The notes below the pieces were generated by a model. It worked only from the letters and a program-made list of their open reading frames with translations. It made no database searches and was not told where the DNA came from. A stretch of 62,948 bases of DNA, the filler included, from Octopus bimaculoides (taxonomy: Eukaryota), in NCBI RefSeq assembly GCF_001194135.2. It is 5 parts of 5 records of this genome, joined end to end, with 100 filler letters (N's around TTAATTAATTAA, not from the genome) between each part and the next. Parts side by side here need not be neighbours in the genome. Positions count along the whole stretch, not along the records: positions 44,877 to 52,284 come from NC_068985.1; positions 52,385 to 62,948 come from NC_069007.1; 3 more parts are not named here. One strand, given 5' to 3'. Shown here in pieces: positions 52,232 to 61,966 of this stretch; the first letter of the stretch is position 1, and the number at the start of each line of letters is the position of its first letter. The translations under genes were made by a program, and so were the position numbers.

Positions 52232-52284
<53 letters not shown>

Positions 52285-52948
52285 NNNNNNNNNNNNNNNN
52301 NNNNNNNNNNNNNNNNNNNNNNNNNNNNTTAATTAATTAANNNNNNNNNNNNNNNNNNNNNNNNNNNNNNNNNNNNNNNNNNNNGAACACTGGGGTCGAT
52401 GTAATCGACTCATCGCCACCTGCCCCCCAAAGCTGCCCTTGTGACAAAAATTTGAAATACATATATATACATATATATATGTTGACACCAGAAAGGAACA
52501 ATTATGAACTTTTCTTTTAATTACATTTTTTAAAATATGTATTTTTGATAAGGTTCGTTTTTTCAAGAACCGAAACATGTTAAATATCTCTGAGAAAATT
52601 ATAAATTAAAATTCATTTTTTATATATTGGCGTTTTCAAACTTCTTTTTTATAAACATATATATATATAGGGAGAGAATTCACGAACAAAAAAAAATAGG
52701 GAGCGATCCTCTCAATTGATTCCTCTGAAATTCAGATTACCATTGTCTGCTCCAAAAACTTAGTACTTAATCTATCGTTTCTTTTGCAGAGAAGCTAAGT
52801 TGCGGCTACGTAAAAAAAGACCAGCACCGTTTTACGAGCGGTGGGGCTGGAACAACACACAAACACGCACGCGCACACACAAACACGCACGCGCACACAC
52901 AAACACGCGCGCGCACACAAACACGCACGCGCACACACAAACACATAG

Positions 52949-53106
52949 CGGGTTTCTTTCAGTTTCCACCTACCTCACTCGCAAGGCATCAGTCGATCCA
53001 TTGCTATTGTAGAAGACGCTTTCCTAAGATGCCGCGCAGTGGGACTGAACCGGAAAACGCGCGGTTGCAAAGCGAGTTTCTTAACCATGCTGCCATTCCT
53101 GTGCCT
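52949..53106 (-). mobile_element. Family B SINE 5' half
   Basis: Head and GGAAACTGAAAGAAACCCG on the minus strand. Confidence 0.7.
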
Positions 53107-53229
53107 GATATGATGCAAAATGCATATTACACTGAACGCATAATGAGTGAATACGTACACGTCGTCGTGGCCACTGAACCTGCCAGAAATAGCAAGTAAT
53201 TATCCACAAACTGCTCAATATTGTCTTTA

Positions 53230-53410
53230 AAACGTGGTCATTTTATATTGGAGAACCTTCTGTCCAATCACCCTGCTGTTGATCGAACTCAAACAGGTAT
53301 GGTTGCCTATTTGATGAAAGGCAAGGACCTCACTTTGTACCACGAGGTTTTATGTTCAACCATTTTGTACAACAACTTAGACAAGTATATCCTCCGTTTG
53401 GCTCAAATGA
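53230..53410 (+). mobile_element. Very old maT HTH relic (copy belonging to unit E)
   Basis: LMKGKDL...LYNNLDKYILRLAQM aligns weakly to maT HTH/linker relics at 57790-58300 and 61160-61235, at the same position relative to the exon. Confidence 0.4.
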
Positions 53411-53598
53411 CCGAACATTTTCCTTGATTTTGGTATTTTGAGAGATAGAGAATAAGTAAAAATCCATATAAAAGTGGTACGTGATAAAACTGAGTCACAA
53501 TAATAACGAATCTAAAATATCTCACAGAAAAGGATAACTACAGCTTCTTTGCTATAAGAAATATAGATTTACAAAATACAAAGCTAAAAAAAACTTAC

Positions 53599-53700
53599 TT
53601 CTAGGAGTGCACACAAGTCCATATTCCTGACAGAGGCAAGTCATATGAGGCTTCTCAATTGTGATTCCGACACCGTATTGTATTCCGTCCATGATACATT
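53599..53700 (-). CDS. 4-Cys module gene, exon E (CIMDGIQYGVGITIEKPHMTCLCQEYGLVCTPR)
   Basis: TAG acceptor, GTAAGT donor, 102 nt, phase 1/1, C-x19-CxC-x6-C. Its flanks are a more diverged copy of the same unit. Confidence 0.85.
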
Positions 53701-54184
53701 CTATAACCGAAGCAAAGTGACACATTTAGATTTGATAGATTAGAAAATACCAGTTGATGCACAATGTTATATTTAGAAGCAGTAAAGCGTCTAATTGCTG
53801 CAGTGACATGGGAATTCTAAATCACAACTGTGTAAGGGATCACCCAAATAGTTTACCAAGGTTGAGACATAAATAGAGAGTAGTGGCTATAGACATAAAT
53901 TAGCAAATTATAGTCACAGGAAGAAGTGTAACCAATCAGTTAAAATATATATGAAACAAAAATGATATACACGACAAGCAACATTACAGTCTCCAAGCCA
54001 TTAATTGCGATTGAACACAAATGGACATAGTTGCGAACCGAAATCTTTATCCATCCCTCCCTCCATCCAGCCAGCCAGCCAGTCAGCCAGCCAGCCAACC
54101 AGCCATCCATCCATCCATACATACATACATACATGCATGCATACATACATCTTGGCCGTCCACTCGTGACCAAGGAAAACCATT

Positions 54185-54620
54185 GCTGACCTTCAGGAAC
54201 ATTGTGCGCTCTAGGACTAACTTATATTTTGCATTTGCGGCTCCGTTGGTGGCTAATGAGCCCAGCTCTTGACAATCATACACGACTGCGAACATTGCAC
54301 ACCAAGCTTTCCCCATTCATGCTGAATACGTGCTCTCTCAAAAGTGTCGATCCCCTCCTTAACCTGCTTCCTCCATCTTTGGCGATGACAGACATTGTTC
54401 TCCCAGTCAGTGTCCTGCATATCACAGGCCTTTACTGAGGACTTGACACAGTCCTTAAATCGCAGCCTTGGTTTCTGCTAGGGTCTCGTTCCATTCACAA
54501 GTTCCCCATATATCATCTGCTTAGGAATCCTGCTATCCTTCATTCTAATAAGGTGTCCAGTCCAACGTAACCGGTGCTTGTGCACCATTGCCTCAATACT
54601 CAACATATCAGCTGTCCTCA
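54185..54620 (-). mobile_element. RTE LINE 3' end
   Basis: SIEAMVHKHRLRWTGHLIRMKDSRIPKQMIYGEL..G.R, RLRFKD, SRAGLISH. Confidence 0.9.
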
Positions 54621-54624
54621 GATA

Positions 54625-55605
54625 GCCACTCTTGCTAGCAGCACAGATGATACAAAAGTCTCTCAGAGGATACAGAACCTTGGAGACGTTGTGCATCTGA
54701 AACGGAAGTTGAACGCAATATACAAGTGTGCTAAGGAAAATAAAATGCAGTTTAAGGTTGGAAAATTCCAAGCCCTGCGCTATCAATGAAAAGCAGACAG
54801 GATACACTGGACCAAGAGAGACTGCAATCTCTGAATCAAAAGGCGTGCACAACCTGGCCAATGACTCGAGTAATAAAGCATCTTTCTATAAGCATTTTTC
54901 TATGTTGGCAATTAAACGCAGACAATCGATTTTCCAGAAAGAGAGAACAATTAACTGTGATAGACATCAGGAGGACATTGATCCTCAGTCGATTGGATTA
55001 CTGCTTCCAACTGTGGTCGCCACACAGTTTAAAAATAACGACGGAACTCGATGCATACCAGCGAAGCTACACAAAAAAAATCATCTCAAGGTGACATGTC
55101 AGCCACTGGGAGAGATTGAAAAAGTTAAGGCTCTACTCCTTAGAACGAACGAAGGAAAGATATGCAGTGATATACAACTGGAAAATCCTAGAACTTGCAC
55201 CAGAATTTAGCACTGTCAGTTGCATTAACAGTCAAACGGGTCGCCACTGCTTAGTACTAAAAACCCTATTGCCATCAGGATACAGGACCAGATACTGCAA
55301 CAGAAGTTTCTGGGAACCCACAGCAGTATCAAGGGTTCACGGCTCTTCAATATCCTCCCAGAAAGCCTGAGAGACCTACATGGGGAGGAGGTAGGCGTCT
55401 TCAAAACTAGACTGTATCTCCTCCAGTCAAGAGTTCCGGGTGAACCTACCTCGAGGCAAGAAACGCAGATGAAGGTAACAACGTCAAACTCCCTCATTCA
55501 CCAAATGCCACACATCAGAGGAGGTTTAGTGAAAGTGTATCAAAGCAAACGGCAGTGCTAAAGCATGGCTTCAGCTCCCGAGCTGAAACTAGAAAAGGAA
55601 AAAGT
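54625..55605 (+). mobile_element. CR1-group LINE RT and 3' relic
   Basis: SS(T)DDTKV, ENKMQF...KFQALRY, SRLDYCFQLWSP, LKKLRLYSLER. Confidence 0.85.
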
Positions 55606-55611
55606 AAAGTG

Positions 55612-55689
<78 letters not shown>

Positions 55690-55696
55690 TGTGTGT

Positions 55697-55733
<37 letters not shown>

Positions 55734-56004
55734 CATGGACATTTGGGTAAGAATTTCACTTTCCACCACATGATTCTGTTCGATGGTCTTGCTCGCTAGC
55801 TTCAACAAATATATTCTTCAAGTGACTCCAGTTGACCAAAGTTATATTTGTTGATTTTCATAGACGGAGAATGTGCAGAAGTCCATATATAAATAGCAGT
55901 TAATAAAGTTGTATAACAACGATGATGAATCCGTTATGTCACATGGAAAAGAATAATCATAGCTTCGTTTATATAAGAAATACAGATTTAATAAACAAAC
56001 TTAC

Positions 56005-56121
56005 TATATTTCGCGCAGCATGATATAACTCCGTTTGGAAAGCATCGGCATTCCGAAAACGAATCTTTACTCACTAATGCTCCGACCGTGTACAAAGCAT
56101 TTTTATGCACACATACTTCAG
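56005..56121 (-). CDS. 4-Cys module gene, exon D (EVCVHKNALYTVGALVSKDSFSECRCFPNGVISCCAKY)
   Basis: TTCAG acceptor, GTAAGT donor, 117 nt, phase 1/1, C-x20-CxC-x7-CC. Confidence 0.85.
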
Positions 56122-56392
56122 CTGAATAATATCAAAATAATATATAGATTAGATAGATCAGAAATTAGTAGCTGATACCAATGTATTGTTAAGGTTAATC
56201 AAAGATGTTAGTGAACGTGGAGATATTTAAGGATTATTATATTTAAGGATCTTTCAACCTATTATAACAAATCATTGGCTCATACAGGTTTGAAGGAGGA
56301 ATTGTGGTATATTAAAATTATTTTGTATACATGTCTACGTTTAGAAATGTGTTTGCAGACTGTAAATTTGTGTGTATGTTTCTGTGTGTGTG

Positions 56393-56434
<42 letters not shown>

Positions 56435-56521
56435 GGTTTTTAAACTTTTAAATTTTCATATTCAAAATGTAAGTTCTTATGCTATATTGGTAACGGTTGC
56501 TACATCCTCTGGAAAAATTAT

Positions 56522-56564
<43 letters not shown>

Positions 56565-56762
56565 GTATGTATGTATGAATGTATGTATGTATATATGTAT
56601 GTATGCATGCATGTATATATATGTCTGTATGTATGTATGTATGTATGTATGTATGTATGTATGTATGTATGCATGTATGTATGTATGTATGTATGACNNN
56701 NNNNNNNNNNNNNNNNNNNNNNNNNNNNNNNNNNNNNNNNNNNNNNNNNNNNNNNNNNNNNN

Positions 56763-56803
<41 letters not shown>

Positions 56804-57559
56804 GTATGTATGTATGAATGTATGTATGTATATATGTATGTATGCATGCATGTATATATATGTCTGTATGTATGTATGTATGTATGTATGTATGTATGTA
56901 TGTATGTATGCATGTATGTATGTATGTATGTATGACTGTATGTATATTTATGTTCTTCCGCCCTTTGACCGGTCTTATTTTTCATCCTGCAGGGTGTCCA
57001 ACAATCAGCCCCCACCCCCACCCCGGCCTCATCAAGCCAGCTTGATGGGGTTGCCAGTTTAGTCGCCGATGCAGCTTGTACTGGGTTACATGTTATCCAA
57101 TGACGTAGACTAGATCTTTTCGACTTTATGTTGCCCGTGTTCAGAGAATGGGATTGGATTTGTGTAAATCGTTTTCCGACTATAAACAAAAAAAGCCAGG
57201 TATCGCACAGGTATCGCTCGAAAAAGAAAAACTCAGACCTAGCACAAAAATGGTTGGTTGCAACCTTCGCATTTGTGGGAATTTCGAGTAGAAGATGGCA
57301 ATACTCAAACACGGGTTTGTAGTCATAATGTATGTTTGTATGTATATCCATACACATACATGTGTGTACATGTATGCATATAGTTATAAATATGTGCACG
57401 CATGCGTGTTTGTGTATGCATGCGTGCATATATCGTTATGTATGTATGCAATCATGTGTATATTTATGTTTAGCATAAGCGAGGTGTTTCAAAATAATTT
57501 ATTACTTTCTTCAAACCTATTAAAAGGCTTCGATTTCGCTCAGATCAATTATGTAGGAT

Positions 57560-58635
57560 AAAACACTGACACAAGAAATGAAAATATATGCAGTCATTGT
57601 TGCCATGTGCGTAGAACACTGCGGTTTATAAGTAACCACCTTCATAATTTTGCAAGACTATTTTTTTGCTCAGTTCGGATGGAATTGCAAGTCTCTGATG
57701 AGAATGTTTTGCTTATATGAAGAGAAACAACATTCTAACTGTTCAAACACTATAATTACACCAGAAATCACGAATTGTGTCCCTTGATCACAGGAAATCA
57801 ATGAAGGCCATTACGAAAGATCGTCAGGTATCAGAGTGTAGACTATCAGAATTGAGGTGCAGGACATTCAATACNNNNNNNNNNNNNNNNNNNNNNNNNN
57901 NNNNNNNNNNNNNNNNNNNNNNNNNNNNNNNNNNNNNNNNNNNNNNNNNNNNNNNNNNNNNNNNNNNNNNNNNNNNNNNNNNNNNNNNNNNNNNNNNNNN
58001 NNNNNNNNNNNNNNNNNNNNNNNNNNNNNNCATAATTTTGCAAGACTATTTTTTTGCTCAGTTCGGATGGAATTGCAAGTCTCTGATGAGAATGTTTTGC
58101 TTATATGAAGAGAAACAACATTCTAACTGTTCAAACACTATAATTACACCAGAAATCACGAATTGTGTCCATTGATCACAGGAAATCAATGAAGGCCATT
58201 ACGAAAGATCGTCAGGTATCAGAGTGTAGACTATCAGAATTGAGGTGCAGGACATTCAATACACGTCGAATGCACAGAAGAGAGACCAATTCATGTTTGC
58301 AATGAGGAAGGAAAAACTTTCGATCTCTGTGAAGCAACTGCATAAAAAGTTTAAAACACGCTCACAAACATTCTTCCCTGAAGATTAAAACTTCAACCAA
58401 GACAAAGGTGTAACAGGTGAAATGCCAGACGGTTAATTACAGGTCCTTCTGATGTGCACAGAGTAATGTACACTGTGTTTCCAGGAATTGCAACGGCTTT
58501 ATGTGTGGTGAATAAGAAAGGTCATATATGCTGCCTCACGCCTTACTGCAGTATCATAGAATCAATGCTGATGAATACGTGGAGATGTTGAAGACAGTTA
58601 TTAAGCCCTGGCTGGATGAAGCATGCACGGAAAGG
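57560..58635 (+). mobile_element. Old maT transposase relic (with a gap-flank false duplication inside)
   Basis: EMKIYAVIVA, HTH, RDQFM, NFNQD, RINADEYVEML.TVIKPWLD. Partial copies at 60075-60215 and 60935-61240. Confidence 0.8.
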
Positions 58636-58788
58636 ACAAAATTTGAGATAACTAAAGTTTTGAGTGTCGATTTTGACAGATGGGGGAATGGGTTGACACT
58701 CGTATATAAATGGGAATTGATAAAGTTCTGTATTAGTGACAACGAATCTGTTATACTACACAGAATAGGATAATCACAACTTCGTTTA

Positions 58789-59677
58789 CAAGGTGTAGTC
58801 AAGAAGTATCCAACCTTGATTTTTTTTTTTGCATAAAATAATAATGCGTGAGCAAAATCCACATGGGTATTAGGTGGCCACGTCCTTCCTGAGCATGCGC
58901 AAAAAGTCTCGTATGTGTAGGTTGTGCTATTCGCCCATAGTGACGAGTTGAGTACAGACGTGAAGAATATGCTATGCGATTTTACTTTTTGAGTCAAGAT
59001 AACCGAGCACATTGAGCAAAGATGCTGTATCAAATTCTGGCAAAAACTTGGTGATACGCAAAACCAGACTCTCGAGAAGATTCAGAATGCCTTTGGATAT
59101 GATACTAGGGGGAAAACACAAATAAAGGAGTGGTACAACCGGTTCAAAAATGGCCACACCTCAGTGGACAGTGAGCCTCGTTGTGGTAGAACATCGACGA
59201 GAAGAAACGACGAAATGATTGCAAAGTTTCTTCATCACCTTCGTGAAACTATNNNNNNNNNNNNNNNNNNNNNNNNNNNNNNNNNNNNNNNNNNNNNNNN
59301 NNNNNNNNNNNNNNNNNNNNNNNNNNNNNNNNNNNNNNNNNNNNGTGAAGCAAAACACACCACTTGTTCGTCAGGCGTCCTGCTCCCCAGACTTAGCTCC
59401 GTGAGACTTTTGGCTATTCCCAAAGCTCAAAAAAAAAATACACTCAAAGGGAGAAGATTTGAGACAACAGAGGACACGAAGCAAAATTCTAAGGCACAGC
59501 TCTACAGCATCCCAAAAAGTGATTCCCAGAAATGTTTCCAGCAGTGGCAGGAACGCTGGCAGAAGTGTGAAGACTCTCAAGGCGAATACTTTGAAAGAGA
59601 GACTAAATCAAAATGGTGAGTTTTTAAATATTACTTGTTTTTTGGCCAAAGGTCGCATACGTTTTGACTACACTTCG
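58789..59677 (+). mobile_element. Internally deleted mariner (Mos1-type HTH, SPDLAP.DF) with TA duplication
   Basis: ~30-bp TIRs, EQRCCIKF...WYNRFKNG, SPDLAP*DFWLFPKLK. Removing it restores the conserved intron motif CTTCGTTTATATAAGAAA. Confidence 0.92.
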
Positions 59678-59712
59678 TATATAAGAAAAACAGGTTTAAT
59701 AAACAAACTTAC

Positions 59713-59823
59713 GTCGAAGATGGCAAGTAAAAGCTCCTGAATCAGTGCACTCGCAAATATAACCTCTGTCTTCAATCACTGTTCCGACCGCGAACTTACC
59801 GTTAAAGTATTGACACGTCTTAG
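59713..59823 (-). CDS. 4-Cys module gene, exon C (KTCQYFNGKFAVGTVIEDRGYICECTDSGAFTCHLR)
   Basis: TTTTTCAG acceptor, GTAAGT donor, 111 nt, phase 1/1, C-x19-CxC-x7-C. Confidence 0.85.
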
Positions 59824-59829
59824 CTGAAA

Positions 59830-60028
59830 AATATTAATTTCAAATTCTGATGTAAGTCCAGTAAGTTCGGGATGGGGTCTAGTCGATTACATCGACCCAA
59901 GTGCTCAACTGGTTAAAATTTTAGTCACTCCGATAGGATGGAAGACTAAGTCGACCTTGGCGGAAAATTTAACTCAAAATGCAAAGACGATTCTACCAGC
60001 TAACGATTCTATCAGCTCGCCGCTTTCT
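59830..60028 (-). mobile_element. Family C SINE immediately upstream of exon C
   Basis: Head GCGGCGAGCTG; core GTCGATGTAATCGAC; tail ends at the acceptor. Confidence 0.8.
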
Positions 60029-60398
60029 CTGCTGAATAATTTATTTAGTTTAGTGAAATCAGAAATTGTAATGGCTTTATGTGTGATGAATAACCAAGGT
60101 TATATATGCTGCCTCACATCTTTCTGTAGCATCATAGAATTAACGCTGCTGGATACGCTGAGGTGCTGGAGACAGTTGTTAAGCCCTGAATAGATGGGGC
60201 ACGCACGGAAAGGTTAAAATTCGAGTCGACCAAAGTTCTGAGTGTCGATTTTGGCAGACGAAGAATGTGTAGACGCCCATATATAAATAGCAATTAATAA
60301 AACTCCGTAGCAGTGATAAAGAATCTATTATGTCACACAGAACAGAATAATCATAACTTCGTTTATATACGAAATACAGATTTAATAAACAAACTTAC

Positions 60399-60509
60399 GC
60401 GGTACACGGCATATAATATTTCCTGTGCTTACGCACTTACATAGGAGACCGTCGTTTTCAATCACTTTTCCAGCCTCGAAGACAGTTCTGTCAAGAACAC
60501 ATTTCCCAG
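60399..60509 (-). CDS. 4-Cys module gene, exon B (GKCVLDRTVFEAGKVIENDGLLCKCVSTGNIICRVP)
   Basis: TTTTTCAG acceptor, GTAAGT donor, 111 nt, phase 1/1, C-x19-CxC-x7-C. Confidence 0.85.
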
Positions 60510-60515
60510 CTGAAA

Positions 60516-60737
60516 AATATTGATTTGAAATTTTGGTGTAAGTCCAGTAAGTTCGGAGGACAGGGTATAGTTGATTCCATCAACCCCAGTACTCAACTGG
60601 TTCTTATTTTAGCGACCCCGAAAGGATGAAAGGCCAAGTCGAACTTGGCGGAATTTGAACTTAGAACGTAAAGACGGATGAAATGCCGATAAGCATTTTG
60701 CCCAGTGTGCTCACAATTCTGCCAGCTCACCGCTTTC
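60516..60737 (-). mobile_element. Family C SINE immediately upstream of exon B
   Basis: Head GCGGTGAGCTGGCAGAA; core GCCTTTCATCCTTTCGGGGTC; same insertion point as the copy at 59830-60028. Confidence 0.85.
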
Positions 60738-61432
60738 TCAGTTGAATAATATTGAAATTAATATAATTTAGAGAAATCAGACATTTGTAGGTAATGCAAA
60801 TAGCTTGTTGATATTATTCTAAGATGTTAGTGAACATGCAGATAGCTCAGGATCATTCAACTTAATATAACAAAGCATTAGCTCATAGTAGTTTGAAGGA
60901 GGAATTGTGATATATATTATCAACAAGCGTCGGGTTAAGAGGAATAGACCCACCTATATTACCATGCAATACAGGTGTCTTAACGGTTATAGCCAAAAAC
61001 ATTTTTCGTTACTCAAGAAACATATAATTCGTATGAAATTGGAACACTTCTGGCAAGAATGTTTTAATTCTATCAAGAGAAAAAAAGCATTCTAAATGTT
61101 GGAACGCAAAAAGGACACCACAATTCATCATACGTGTTCAAATTATTATCTATGATGATCCTAGGAAATTAATGAGGGTCATCGAGAAAGATCATCAGGT
61201 GACGGAGTGGACTATCAAAAATATGGTGCACAACAACAGTAAGAAGATCAAAATCTGAGTCGTCCAAAGTTTGTAGAGTCGACTTTGGTAGATGGAAAAT
61301 GTGCAGAAGCCCATATATAAATAGCAATTGATAAAACTGGGTAGCAGTGATTATAAATCAGTTATGCCACACAGAACAAAATAATCATGGCTTCGTTTAT
61401 ATAAGAAATACAGATTTAATAAATAAACTTAC

Positions 61433-61546
61433 GTGGAGGAGAAATGCAGTTATAAGTTAGGTTCGAGTAGCAGTCGCAATGCCAAAGTGGATTACTGAGA
61501 TCATGGATCTTTCCCAACTTTTCTTCCAAAACTTCACAGCTCATCT
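61433..61546 (-). CDS. 4-Cys module gene, exon A (MSCEVLEEKLGKIHDLSNPLWHCDCYSNLTYNCISPP)
   Basis: TTCAG acceptor, GTAAGT donor, 114 nt open, phase 1/1, C-x19-CxC-x7-C, NLT sequon. Lies in a duplicated intron unit. Confidence 0.8.
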
Positions 61547-61914
61547 CTGAATAATGTGAAAATAATTTATAAATTAGACAGATCAGAAATAAGTAGCTGA
61601 TACAAATGTATTGTTAAGATTAATCTAAGGCGTAATTGAACGTGCAGATATTTAAGGATCATTCAATTTATTATAACAAAGCTTTAGCCCATAGTTGCAT
61701 GAAAGAGGAACTGTGATATATAATCTACAGGGTCGAGTAAAGACGAATAGATCTATGTATATTACTTGGTATAATCCACCATATAACACGGCAGTGACAA
61801 CAGTCATAGTCTAAAACATCACAGGTAATATAATGTCATTCTTCCACAACTTCTAATATTGCCCAAAGTATTGAGTCTTTAGACGTAGCTAAATTAACAA
61901 CTAATAATAATAAT

Positions 61915-61966
<52 letters not shown>

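Noticed and set aside
56993-57103. Plus-strand acceptor followed by GVQQSAPTPTPASSSQLDG...*
   Set aside because: No partner exons were found, and CAGGGTGTCC also resembles a Tc1/mariner terminus. Unsupported.
57643-58263. 232-bp direct repeat on either side of a gap (one mismatch); likewise 56521-56697 versus 56763-56936
   Set aside because: This is the typical unmerged contig-overlap artefact, not a real duplication.
55830-61760. Conserved repeats alternating with variable ~110-nt spacers, superficially CRISPR-like
   Set aside because: The context is eukaryotic, the repeats are hundreds of bp, and the spacers are spliceable coding exons. No cas genes are present.
61765-61885. Possible signal-peptide exon upstream of module A
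   Set aside because: Frames stop or end in the wrong phase, and part of the sequence matches the maT relic start.
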